64,000 bases of DNA from an uncultured Pseudomonadales bacterium (GCA_951813515.1 OX638346.1:735617-799616), one strand, 5' to 3'. Positions 1 through 8,619 are shown, counted from the first letter of the stretch. Notes: generated from the letters alone by a model not told the origin. Numbers and translations are program-made.

Positions 1-303
1 CATAACGGCAGCCGTAGGCTTCCAGCAACTCCGCCTGGAGATTGGCGCACCCGGTCTGCTTCCAATCGGTCAGGAAGCTGGTCCATTCCTCATCGGTCCA
101 GGTCACGCTATCGCGCCAGTTCGCCCAGAACTGGTCCAGCCACGCAATATTCCACAAGCGACGACCCCCGCCGTCATCCGCCATGCACATGCGATAGCAA
201 TTCCCAACCTCCTTCCGGCCTTCTTCGGCTTTAGTCAACGTCTGCGCGTTTACGCCCGACGCCAGAAACAAACAGACGGCGACGGCAAAGGCGGGGGATT
301 TCA
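1..303 (-). CDS. hypothetical secreted protein (N-terminal part only; runs off window start)
   Basis: Hand translation of the minus strand from the ATG at 303..301 gives MKSPAFAVAVCLFLASGVNAQTLTKAEEGRKEVGNCYRMCMADDGGGRRLWNIAWLDQFWANWRDSVTWTDEEW... The N-terminus looks like a signal peptide. The frame stays open to position 1, which explains its absence from the ORF track. Confidence 0.5.
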
Positions 304-406
304 TCGGATTTCCGGTTCGGCGCTAAATGAACCTTAGCGCGGCCGGAATGAACCGGGCCTGAACCGATGGACAGGCGCTGTGCCCTGTGGCCTCGTTCCG
401 CCGTCC

Positions 407-520
407 GGGGACATTGCCGATCAGGGCATTCCCGACTTGCTCCAGGACATCGTAGCGGGTACGTAAGTTCGGCAGAAATGCGCCAAACCGTTGCAACCCT
501 GAGCAGAAGCTCGCTGATCC
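407..520 (-). pseudogene. 3' fragment of an LLM-class oxidoreductase gene (diverged copy of the end of 1002..2066)
   Basis: 407..475 matches 1005..1073 at 61 of 69 positions by hand count. The minus-strand translation ...FLPNLRTRYDVLEQVGNALIGNVP aligns with the genuine C-terminus ...ILPNFHARYDVLEQVGNALIGNIP*. There is no LLM body upstream and the stop codon is lost. Confidence 0.55.
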
Positions 521-611
521 CATGCGGCCTTTTCGACCCACATGGGCACATTCCCCGGCGACCACAACGAGTGAACGTGCGGCCCGGCGCGATGGCATCG
601 CGTCCTGCTGG

Positions 612-878
612 TCAGGGACTCGGAAGGCGCGTGGGGAGATCCTCCTGTTCCGGGGGCTGACCCCCTTCTCGTCGAAGCAATCGACGCGCCGCCTCGACAT
701 CAGCCTCGGTGCCGCGCGTAGCGAAGAACTCGGCCGTTTTCATTGCCGAGATCTTTTCGGCGATCGCCGTGGCCATGAACTGGTTCATACTCGTACCATC
801 TTCCCTGCTGATTTCAGCGACTGCCGCCTTCAAGGATGCGGGTAGCCGCAACGGGTAAGTGGTGGTTTGTTTCTTCAT
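612..878 (-). CDS. ribbon-helix-helix antitoxin (HicB-family / Arc-like C-terminal type)
   Basis: 88 aa. YPLRLPASLKAAVAEISREDGTSMNQFMATAIAEKIS is the typical beta-strand/helix/helix antitoxin motif. Its ATG overlaps (ATGA) the stop of a PIN-toxin remnant upstream. Confidence 0.75.
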   Translation of the reverse strand: MKKQTTTYPLRLPASLKAAVAEISREDGTSMNQFMATAIAEKISAMKTAEFFATRGTEADVEAARRLLRREGGQPPEQEDLPTRLPSP

Positions 879-1018
879 TCCGATATTCCCCTCAAGGCCT
901 GTTGGGGCGTCAGCACCGCAATTCCGAAGCGTTCCGGAGCATCCCCGAAGTCCCGTCTGTTGAATGTGACCAAGGCGTCGGCGATCAAGGCCAATTCACG
1001 CTCAGGGGATATTGCCGA
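875..1018 (-). pseudogene. 5'-truncated PIN-domain (VapC-like) toxin remnant
   Basis: Hand translation gives ...ERELALIADALVTFNRRDFGDAPERFGIAVLTPQQALRGISE*, which resembles the C-terminal third of PIN_3-type toxins. Only about 48 codons are open, there is no start codon, and the upstream part is replaced by the 3' end of the LLM gene. Confidence 0.5.
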
Positions 1019-2066
1019 TCAGGGCGTTCCCGACTTGCTCTAGGACATCGTAGCGCGCGTGGAAGTTCGGCAGGATCATGACCTGGTCGAGGCCCGCCTC
1101 CGACAGCGAAGAGAGGATGTCGATCAACTCGTCGCGGGTGCCAATCAGGGCCGATGCGCGCAGCACCTCGGGCGTGAGGAACCGCTCCTCCTCCGGTACG
1201 ACCCAGCAGTTGTGGCCGCGGTGGATAAACTGGTGGCGGCGTTCGGCGGGAGTCTTTTCCATCATCGCCGTGTAGTCGTCCCAGATGCCGGCAAAGACAT
1301 TGGACGGTTGCCGTCCGAAGTTGCGCAACTGGTCGTACTGGTAGTGCACGCCGGCCATCGCCATGGCGCCGCACTGGCTCTTGACGCGGTCCGAGTCCAC
1401 GGCCTCACCGGGTTCCAGCACCACGATGGTGGTCAGGGCAGTCATGTAGTACGCATCGCGGTCGATCTCTCGCCCCGCCTTCGCCGCGCCCGACTCGATC
1501 ATGTCCCAGACGCGCTGCAGGGCGGCGCCGGAACCGCGGCCGGAGATCACCGCGCCGTCCCCGTGTTCCCCCGCGAGTCCGAGCGAACGGGGCCCAAAGC
1601 TGGAGATGTACAGGGGGATGGGGTCCTTGAAGTTGACGAAGCCAGCGTCCGGCATGATGTGCACGATGGGCTGGCCATCGTCGTTCACGGCCTCCTCGCC
1701 ACGCAGCAGGGGCTTGAGCGTGCGCAGGTATTGATCGAACTCCCGGATCCGATGTGGCGGTTTACCCATGACACGCATGGCGGTGTTCCCCGCGCCCACC
1801 CCAAAGAACGTCCGTCCCGGCGCAAGCGCGTTGATCGTGGCGATGCCCGCCGCGTTCACCGATGCGAGACGCGTACCGGTGATGGCGACGCCCGTGCCAA
1901 GCTTGATGCGCGACGTGCGCGTCGCCGCCAGGGCAAGCGTCGCGTAACAGTCGGACCACAGCATCTGGCTGTCCGCGAACCAGGCGTGGCTGTAGCCGAG
2001 CGCTTCCGCGCGCTCCACGTAGTCGATGTCGCCGATGTGGGAGGCGATACATATCCCGATATCCAT
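1002..2066 (-). CDS. LLM class flavin/F420-dependent oxidoreductase
   Basis: 354 aa. MDIGICIASHIGDIDYVERAEALGYSHAWFADSQMLWSDCYATLALAATRTSRIKLGTGV... is a typical luciferase-like monooxygenase N-terminus. Confidence 0.85.
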   Translation of the reverse strand: MDIGICIASHIGDIDYVERAEALGYSHAWFADSQMLWSDCYATLALAATRTSRIKLGTGVAITGTRLASVNAAGIATINALAPGRTFFGVGAGNTAMRVMGKPPHRIREFDQYLRTLKPLLRGEEAVNDDGQPIVHIMPDAGFVNFKDPIPLYISSFGPRSLGLAGEHGDGAVISGRGSGAALQRVWDMIESGAAKAGREIDRDAYYMTALTTIVVLEPGEAVDSDRVKSQCGAMAMAGVHYQYDQLRNFGRQPSNVFAGIWDDYTAMMEKTPAERRHQFIHRGHNCWVVPEEERFLTPEVLRASALIGTRDELIDILSSLSEAGLDQVMILPNFHARYDVLEQVGNALIGNIP

Positions 2067-2295
2067 GGGGCTCCCCTATTGCCTAGCGAGGCTCCGCCTC
2101 AGACCCACACGCATCAGTTTGACACGGGCGTCGTCGGTGTTGAACTGCCAGTTCGCCGTGACCTTCCAGCGGTCCCGGCGGTCCTGCCAGGCTGCGACTT
2201 GGGCGCGCGAAACATCGGCGCGGTCGATGCGCTTGTACTGGATGCGTCGTTCCTGGTAATGGCGGCAGGATTGCAGATCCAGTCCTCTTCCGCAT

Positions 2296-2372
2296 CGTTT
2301 GATTTGGATAGTATTATCCAATAAAAACAATGATAACTAGTCTATATGCTAGTAATATATACAGTCTCAATC
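2296..2372. other. AT-rich boundary segment with a 7-bp inverted repeat (TTGGATA-gtat-TATCCAA at 2304..2321)
   Basis: gatttggatagtattatccaataaaaacaatgataactagtctatatgctagtaatatatacag stands out against the GC-rich flanks. It lies immediately upstream of the DUF222/HNH gene. Confidence 0.4.
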
Positions 2373-2397
2373 GCCCTCCGCGCCAAGGCCTCCAAGC

Positions 2398-4365
2398 ATG
2401 TCCGTCCCGACCGAAGAAGTCGTCCGACATCTCGACTTCGTCCCAGAACCCGCCGTCGATCCCCTCCTCCCCGAAGCAGACCCCGACCACCTCGACTTCA
2501 TCCCCGACGATCCCGCCGAGCTGCGCCGCGCCGTCACCCGCATGGCCGCCCATATCAACCTCGCCGACTGGCGCTTCGTCAAGCTCATCGCCGCCATGGA
2601 CCGCACCCGGGGATGGCGCGAGGGCGGCTACTGCAATCTCGGCAACTGGCTCGACCACCGCTGCGGCCTGGGGCCCTGCGCCTCGCGGGAGCGCATCCGC
2701 ATCGGCCGGGCGCTTGAGAGGCTGCCCTGCATCGACGCCGCGTTCCGCGACGGCGCGATCAGCTATTCCAAGGTGCGGGCAATCACCCGGGTGGCGACGC
2801 CGCACACCGAGGCGATGCTGCTGGCGATCGCCGAGGGAAGCAGCGCGGCGCAGATCGAGAGCCTGGTCCGGACCCACGAGCGGGTCGGGGGAAGCGTACG
2901 CGGGCGCGCCAGCAGCGAGCAGCGGCGGGGCCTGAGCTGGTACTACGAGGACGGCATGCTGATCATGACGGCGGCGGTGCCGGCGGAGCGCGGCGCGCTG
3001 GTGATCGAGGCGCTGCGGCAGGTCATCGACGGCAGGAAGGACGAGGAGGAGGCGCGCTGCGCGTCCCTGTTGGGGGTCACCTATCCCGGGGGGATCGCCG
3101 AACTCGCGGCGGACGAAGATGTGGAAGAGGTCGGCGGCGCGGAGGTCGCGAGCGGGGGATCCGACGGGGCGCGGATGCATGCCGCCGGAGACCATGTTGC
3201 GACAGCCGAGTCGTTCGTGGTCGGGAATGGTCTCGGCGCTGCTGCCGCGACATCGCGGTCGGCGGCGGAAGGCGCTGGCGCGACTGACGGGAATGGGATA
3301 CCTGCGCACGCCGAATGGGCGGCGGCCGATGTTTCTGCGGAAACTCAGGCTGATCGCGTGAGCAGGGACAATGGGGAGGTGGTCTCCGCGCGGGTTGCAA
3401 GCGCCGATGTGACCGATGTGGACGGAGCCGGAAGTGTTTCCCCGGAAACACCGGCCAATCACGCGGGCGAGGACAACGGCAACGAGGTCTCCACGCTGGC
3501 TGCAAGTGCAGACGCGACCGACGCGGACGCCTACGAGGATGTTTCCGCGGAAACGGACGATCTTCCGGACTGGCTGACATTCGAGCTATCGAGCAGGGAA
3601 CAGCGCTTCGCCGACGCGCTGGTGGACATGGCCGAGCACTGCCTGGCGAGCCCCGCGGGGAACTGGAAGCGGCGCCGCACAGGCCGGCGCTACGAGGTGG
3701 TGCTGACCATCGACCGCAACGAGCTGGCCGCGAAGCGGTCGGCGGGCGGCGCGCGCTACCACGTCGAGCCGGACTGGGGCATCGACGAGGAGGACGCCCG
3801 CCAGATCGCCTGCGACGCCGACCTCACCGAGTTCATCCAGGACGCGCGGGGCAACCTGCTCAACTACGAGCGCCGGCGGCGGATCGTGCCGGCCCGGCTG
3901 CTGCGGGCACTGAAGCTGCGCGACCACAACCGCTGCCGCTTCCCTGGCTGCGCGCACCAGCGCTATGTCGAGGCGCACCATGTCCGGCACTGGATCGACG
4001 GCGGGGAAACCTGCCTTGAGAACCTCGTGCTGCTGTGCGGCGCGCATCACCGGATGCTGCACCACGGCGCTTTCCACATCACGATCGAAGACGACGACAT
4101 CGTCTTTGTCAGCCGGGACGGCGAAGTAATCAAGCCGGCGCTGAACCCGCAGTTCGCGGAAGTTCCCAAGGATGTTTCCGCGGATACCCCGCTGCTGGAT
4201 TCCGACGCCGTCGATTGCCCGACGCGGCGCCGCAGACCCTCAGTGTTCAAGACCCGTTCCGAACGGGAGATCATCGACATGCTGCACTTCCGCGAAGATT
4301 GGGGCCGGAAGAAAAACGCAAGGTTCAGGAAGGAACTTCTGAAACTCGCGCGGGGAACGATCTAG
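2398..4365 (+). CDS. DUF222-type HNH endonuclease domain protein
   Basis: 655 aa. The C-terminal HNH motif is RCRFPGCAHQRYVEAHHVRHWIDGGETCLENLVLLCGAHHRMLHHG. The N-terminal region (WRFVKLIAAMDRTRGWREGGYCNLGNWLDHRCGL) is like DUF222 / 13E12-repeat proteins. The central part is an acidic low-complexity repeat. Confidence 0.8.
   Translation: MSVPTEEVVRHLDFVPEPAVDPLLPEADPDHLDFIPDDPAELRRAVTRMAAHINLADWRFVKLIAAMDRTRGWREGGYCNLGNWLDHRCGLGPCASRERIRIGRALERLPCIDAAFRDGAISYSKVRAITRVATPHTEAMLLAIAEGSSAAQIESLVRTHERVGGSVRGRASSEQRRGLSWYYEDGMLIMTAAVPAERGALVIEALRQVIDGRKDEEEARCASLLGVTYPGGIAELAADEDVEEVGGAEVASGGSDGARMHAAGDHVATAESFVVGNGLGAAAATSRSAAEGAGATDGNGIPAHAEWAAADVSAETQADRVSRDNGEVVSARVASADVTDVDGAGSVSPETPANHAGEDNGNEVSTLAASADATDADAYEDVSAETDDLPDWLTFELSSREQRFADALVDMAEHCLASPAGNWKRRRTGRRYEVVLTIDRNELAAKRSAGGARYHVEPDWGIDEEDARQIACDADLTEFIQDARGNLLNYERRRRIVPARLLRALKLRDHNRCRFPGCAHQRYVEAHHVRHWIDGGETCLENLVLLCGAHHRMLHHGAFHITIEDDDIVFVSRDGEVIKPALNPQFAEVPKDVSADTPLLDSDAVDCPTRRRRPSVFKTRSEREIIDMLHFREDWGRKKNARFRKELLKLARGTI
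3331..3554. repeat. intragenic ~105-bp tandem repeat carrying palindromes GTTTC(C/T)GCGGAAAC / GTGTTTCC-cc-GGAAACAC
   Basis: Copies lie at 3331..3344, 3434..3451 and 3541..3554 (the last a perfect 14-bp palindrome), with a partial copy at 4174..4186. Each encodes DVSAET, VSPET or DVSADT. Confidence 0.6.
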
Positions 4366-4369
4366 CGCG

Positions 4370-4636
4370 CAGCTTGAATTTCATGCTTTCGGCCGCCGCG
4401 AAGTTGTCGCCCGTTTCGATGCGGGCCGGCTCACCTCGGACGGGGGCGGCGTCTTGCTGCGCGAGGTGGACCACTGGCTGGCCTGATGGCCCGGATCGCG
4501 GTCTGCTTCGGACTATCGCGACCCGCGCAAGGTCAAGCACTCGGCGACGGAACCGGTGGCGCGTGGGTGTACTGGATCGCGCTGGGCTAGGAGGATCTCA
4601 ATAATCACGACGCATTGCGCGGCGACAGCCTGCAAA
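4370..4636 (+). pseudogene. IS1380-family transposase N-terminal fragment (frameshifted, internal TAG)
   Basis: Hand translation across three frames gives QLEFHAFGRREVVARFDAGRLTSDGGGVLLREVDHWLA* / GLMARIAVCF / DYRDPRKVKHS / VYWIALG*EDLNNHDALRGDSLQI. This matches the conserved IS1380 transposase N-terminus (..ITSDGGxLLLREV..LGYEDLNDHDxLR). TAG at 4588..4590 replaces the Tyr codon. The fragment is cut off at the LLM gene stop. Confidence 0.65.
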
Positions 4637-5497
4637 TCAGGCGTCGGCGAAGTCCTCGATCCGGGACCGCCACGCAAGCACCTCTTCCGGTGTTCGCGCC
4701 GGCGCGGCCATGTCGGGCCTGTCATCGACTGGTATCAATACACGGTCGGCATCGATCGTCTTGATCTTCGAAAGGTCCTGCGGGCAACTCAAGGAAACCT
4801 CGATTGCGCCGGGATCGCGCCCGCACGCCTCGGCGGTCTCGCGCGCCAGACGCACCAGTTCTTCGGGTCTGCCCCGCGCCGGAAAGAAACCATCGCCCAG
4901 GCGACCCGCACGCCGCGCCGCGGCTTTCGAGTGGCCCCCGACGTGAATCGGTACCGTGCCTGCAACTGGCTGCGGTCGGCAGTAGGCACCGTCGAACTGA
5001 ATGAACTCCCCCTGAAACGACGGTCGCTCCTCGGACCAGAGCGAACGAATCACCGCCACGTACTCGTCCGTGCGGGCGGCGCGGTCATGAAACGAAGCGC
5101 CGATGGCTTCGAACTCTTCCCTGAGCCAGCCGACCCCGATGCCGAGCAGGACGCGGCCGCCCGACATGAAGTCCAGGGTGGCGACCTGCTTGGCAGTGAC
5201 CACCGGGCTGAGCTGCGGCAGGATCAGGACGCCGGTGCCAAACTTGATCCTCTCGGTCCTTGCGGCCACGTAGGCCATCCAGATCAACGGATCGGGTCGG
5301 GGAAAGTCGAACACGTTCCCGCGCAGGCGACCGTCCGGCGAATAAGGATATCTCGAGGCATGGTTCTCTGGAATCACCGTGTGCTGGACGGTCCAGGCAG
5401 ACTCGAAGCCCGCTTCTTCGGCGGCCTGCACCAGTTCCACGGCGCGCGCCGCATCGATATAGGGGCCGGTGTTGCAGTAACGCAGTCCGAACTTCAT
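4637..5497 (-). CDS. LLM class F420-dependent oxidoreductase (tandem copy 2)
   Basis: MKFGLRYCNTGPYIDAARAVELVQAAEEAGFESAWTVQHTV... The ATG at 5497 is preferred over the TTG at 5512 that abuts the upstream stop. Confidence 0.85.
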   Translation of the reverse strand: MKFGLRYCNTGPYIDAARAVELVQAAEEAGFESAWTVQHTVIPENHASRYPYSPDGRLRGNVFDFPRPDPLIWMAYVAARTERIKFGTGVLILPQLSPVVTAKQVATLDFMSGGRVLLGIGVGWLREEFEAIGASFHDRAARTDEYVAVIRSLWSEERPSFQGEFIQFDGAYCRPQPVAGTVPIHVGGHSKAAARRAGRLGDGFFPARGRPEELVRLARETAEACGRDPGAIEVSLSCPQDLSKIKTIDADRVLIPVDDRPDMAAPARTPEEVLAWRSRIEDFADA

Positions 5498-5512
5498 TGC
5501 TTGTCTCGCCAA

Positions 5513-6370
5513 TCAGCCGGCGAACGCTTCGATGCGTGACCGCCAGGCCAACACTTCTTCGGGCGTGCGCGCGGGCGCAGCCATCGCTGGCGTACGATTC
5601 ACGGGCACGAGTATGCGGTCCGCGTCAATCGTGTCCAGTTCGGACAGGTCCTCAGGGCAACTCAACGTGATTTCCAGCGCATCGGGGTCGCGTCCGGACG
5701 ACTCGGCCGTCTCCCGCGCCAGGCGCACGAGTTCCTGCGGATCGCCCCGCGCGGGAAAGAAGCCCTCGGCCAGGCGGCCGGCGCGTCTCGCCGATGCCTT
5801 CGAGTGGCCGCCGACGTGGATGGGCACCGTACCCCCCACCGGTTGGGGCCGGCAATAGGCGCCGTCGAAGTTGATGAATTCGCCCTGAAACGATGGCCGG
5901 TCCTGCGACCAGAGCGCCCGCATCACCTCGACGTATTCGTCGTTGCGCGCGGCGCGGTCGTTGAACGAGGCGCCGATGGCCTCGAATTCTTCCCTCAGCC
6001 AGCCGACGCCGATGCCGAGCAGGGTGCGGCCGCCGGACATGAAGTCCAGGGTGGCAACCTGCTTGGCGGTGACCACCGGACTGAGCTGCGGCAGGATCAG
6101 AATGCCCGTGCCGAGCTTGATCCTGCTTGTCGCGGCCGCGACATAGGCCATCCAGATCAACGGATCGGGTATCGGAAAGTCGAACCTGCCGCCGCGCATG
6201 CGTCCATCCTCGGAATATGGATACCGGGATACGTGGTTTTCCGGCACCACGGTGTGCTGCACCGTCCAGGCCGACTCGAAACCCGCCTCCTCGGCGGCTT
6301 GCACCAACTCTACGGCGAGCGCCGCGTCCACGTAGCGTCCAGTGTTGCAGTAGCGCAGTCCGAATTTCAT
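5513..6370 (-). CDS. LLM class F420-dependent oxidoreductase (tandem copy 1)
   Basis: 285 aa, MKFGLRYCNTGRYVDAALAVELVQAAEEAGFESAWTVQHTV... It is colinear with, and more than 80% identical by eye to, the downstream copy. Confidence 0.85.
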   Translation of the reverse strand: MKFGLRYCNTGRYVDAALAVELVQAAEEAGFESAWTVQHTVVPENHVSRYPYSEDGRMRGGRFDFPIPDPLIWMAYVAAATSRIKLGTGILILPQLSPVVTAKQVATLDFMSGGRTLLGIGVGWLREEFEAIGASFNDRAARNDEYVEVMRALWSQDRPSFQGEFINFDGAYCRPQPVGGTVPIHVGGHSKASARRAGRLAEGFFPARGDPQELVRLARETAESSGRDPDALEITLSCPEDLSELDTIDADRILVPVNRTPAMAAPARTPEEVLAWRSRIEAFAG

Positions 6371-6427
6371 CCGTTCCCCCTCTCGATCAACTCGACGTAA
6401 AGATAGCGCATCCCGACTGCCCGGGGT

Positions 6428-6874
6428 TCAGCCAGCCTTGTCTGCCCTGGTGACTTCCCGGTCCACGAGCGCGCGGCAGAAGTTGCCGATCTCGTCCCGA
6501 ACGCGGCGAAAAACACCCGTGAGTTCACTCTCGCTCATCCAGGAATAGTCCGGGTCCTCGAACGCGCGATGGAGCAGCCGCCGCGCGCCCGGAAAGACCG
6601 GGCAAGTCTCCTTCGCGGTATCGCAAACGGTGACCACGAGGTCGTAGTCCTCCCTCACGTACCTGTCCACATGGTCCGAGGTGTGACCCGAGATATCGAT
6701 GCCGACCTCGGCCATGACGCGGATCGCGAGGGGATGCACGCCCTTCGGGTCCGTACCCGCGCTGTCGACTTCGACACCCGCGCCCCCAAGGTGCCGCAGC
6801 CATCCTTCGGCCATCTGGGAGCGCGCGCGATTCCCGGTGCATATCACCAGGACGCGAAACGCGCGCTCAGCCAT
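6428..6874 (-). CDS. arsC: arsenate reductase, thioredoxin-coupled LMW-PTP type
   Basis: Contains the CX5R P-loop VICTGNRARSQMAEG plus the Cys pair VTVCDTAKETCPVFPG typical of ArsC (C82/C89 equivalents). Confidence 0.75.
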   Translation of the reverse strand: MAERAFRVLVICTGNRARSQMAEGWLRHLGGAGVEVDSAGTDPKGVHPLAIRVMAEVGIDISGHTSDHVDRYVREDYDLVVTVCDTAKETCPVFPGARRLLHRAFEDPDYSWMSESELTGVFRRVRDEIGNFCRALVDREVTRADKAG

Positions 6875-6896
6875 CGGGATAGGGCGAACGCAGACC

Positions 6897-8537
6897 TCAG
6901 GCGAAGCGTGCCGGCGACCGCGAATCCTCCGCTCGCGTCTTGACGTCGATTAGTACCGTCTTGCCGTCCGCATTCAGGCGTTTCGCCTGTTCCAGCGCAG
7001 GCGCCATTTCCGCCGCCTGCGTGACATGGATGCCCTCCGCACCCATCGCCTTGGCAAGGCCGGCATAGTCGCCCTGCATGTGCGAAACGCCGAACTGCTC
7101 GCGCGCCGTCGGGAAACCGCCGGGGTAGGTCGCCATGATGCCGTTGTTGAGCAAGATGGTCGTGATGGGAATGCCCGCGCGGGCCGAGGTCTCGATGTCG
7201 AGGCCGGACATGCCGAAGGCACCGTCGCCCATGAGGTTCACGCACATGCGTTCAGGTGCTGCCATCTTGGCGCCGATCATCAGCGGGATGGAAAAGCCGA
7301 GGTGCGTGGTCTTGCCCCAACCGATGTAGCTGTGCGGCGTCGTCGCGGTATAGAACGGCACGATCTGATCCCGCGGGGCGCCGGCGTCGTGGGTGACGAC
7401 ACTGTTTTCACCGTCCAGCACCTCGTTCATCTCGTGAATGACGCGGTACGGCGACAACGGGCCGTCATCGTTGGTCAGGTAGGGGCGCCACTGGGCGAGC
7501 CATGCCTCGCGTGCTTCGGCGACCCGCGCCTTTGTGCCGTTGTCGCGTCCGTCTTCGCCGATCAGGCCCTTGACGGCATCAATCATGGCTTCGAGCGTTA
7601 ACCTGGCATCGCCGACCAGGCCGATGGCGGCGGCGGTGTCCTTGTTGATCTCCTCGTCGGCGATCACCGAGTGGATGAGGAACTTGTCGCGGGAGAAGCT
7701 CTGGCCATAAGGCGTCCAGGTAAGCGAGGAGCCGACAGCGAACAGCACGTCGCAGTTGTCGAGCCATTGGCGCGCCGGACCCGTTGTCGACGAGACGCCA
7801 GCCCCGACGGACAGCGGATGGCGCTCGTCGATGGCCGACTTGCCCGGCATCGACGTGAATACCGGCACGTCGAGCAACTCGGCCAGGGTCTGCAGTTCTT
7901 CGCAGGCGCCGGCGGTCATGACGCCGGATCCCGCCCAGATCAAGGGCTCTTCGGCGTCGACCAGCTTCTTGGCCGCATCGGCGATCGCCCCGGCGGACGG
8001 CGCATACATGGCGGCCGTCGGTGACGCGTAAGCGGGCGCGCCGTCCGGAATCGGCTGCGAGCAGACATCGGCCGGCATCTCCACGAGCACGGGTCCGGGA
8101 CGACCGGTGCGCAGGGCGTGGAAGGCGCGGCGCATGATATCGCCGGTCTGGTCCGGTCGCATGATGACGTCGACGTGCTTGAGCAACGGTTCCCAAGTCT
8201 TGCCGGCAAAGAAGTTGGGGCGAACGAACAGCTTGTCGAGGGCGTTTCCGCCTGGCAGCAGCATAATCGGTGAGTTGTCCCCGTTCGCCTGGGCCAGGCC
8301 ACCCATCGCATTCTCGGCGCCAGCCTGGGACTGTACCGCAACGATACCGAAACGCTTGCGGTCGGACAGCCTCGAGTAGCCGTCGGCCGCCATCACCGCG
8401 CCGCGTTCGTGACGAAAGGCCACCGGACGGATGCCTTGCTTGGCGACCGCCTCGATCAGCGGGTTGGACGGGAAACAGGACATCCAGGTAACGCCTTCTT
8501 GTTTCAGAATGCTGGCGACGTATTCGACGCTGTTCAT
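6897..8537 (-). CDS. thiamine pyrophosphate-binding enzyme (acetolactate synthase-like)
   Basis: MNSVEYVASILKQEGVTWMSCFPSNPLIEAVAKQGIRPVAFRHERGAVMAADGYSRLS is a TPP_enzyme_N pattern, and the C-terminal region has the GDGAF TPP-binding motif (NLMGDGAFGMSG). Confidence 0.85.
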   Translation of the reverse strand: MNSVEYVASILKQEGVTWMSCFPSNPLIEAVAKQGIRPVAFRHERGAVMAADGYSRLSDRKRFGIVAVQSQAGAENAMGGLAQANGDNSPIMLLPGGNALDKLFVRPNFFAGKTWEPLLKHVDVIMRPDQTGDIMRRAFHALRTGRPGPVLVEMPADVCSQPIPDGAPAYASPTAAMYAPSAGAIADAAKKLVDAEEPLIWAGSGVMTAGACEELQTLAELLDVPVFTSMPGKSAIDERHPLSVGAGVSSTTGPARQWLDNCDVLFAVGSSLTWTPYGQSFSRDKFLIHSVIADEEINKDTAAAIGLVGDARLTLEAMIDAVKGLIGEDGRDNGTKARVAEAREAWLAQWRPYLTNDDGPLSPYRVIHEMNEVLDGENSVVTHDAGAPRDQIVPFYTATTPHSYIGWGKTTHLGFSIPLMIGAKMAAPERMCVNLMGDGAFGMSGLDIETSARAGIPITTILLNNGIMATYPGGFPTAREQFGVSHMQGDYAGLAKAMGAEGIHVTQAAEMAPALEQAKRLNADGKTVLIDVKTRAEDSRSPARFA

Positions 8538-8619
8538 GAAGCGGCTCCGACAATTGACCAAAGCGCCGAATGGTACCCCAGTCGCCGGTTGCAGGTCCGC
8601 AAACGGTTAACATTCGGCC

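Noticed and set aside
231-700. Overlapping ORFs 231..551(-), 323..700(-) and 367..660(+)
   Set aside because: They cover the start region of the edge gene, the LLM 3' fragment and spacer DNA. Apart from the ~23 LLM-derived codons nothing looks protein-like, so this was treated as a pseudogene remnant rather than genes.
2314-3462. 382-aa minus-strand ORF, plus overlapping ORFs at 2330..2935 and 3077..3580
   Set aside because: These are antisense or out of frame relative to the DUF222/HNH gene. The products are Arg/Pro-rich low-complexity sequences with no recognisable motifs.
5498-5512. TTG start at 5512 for the downstream LLM copy (MARQAMKFGL)
   Set aside because: The paralogue begins MKFGL, and the ATG at 5497 gives an identical N-terminus. 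The TTG abuts the upstream stop codon and is probably an artefact of longest-ORF calling.
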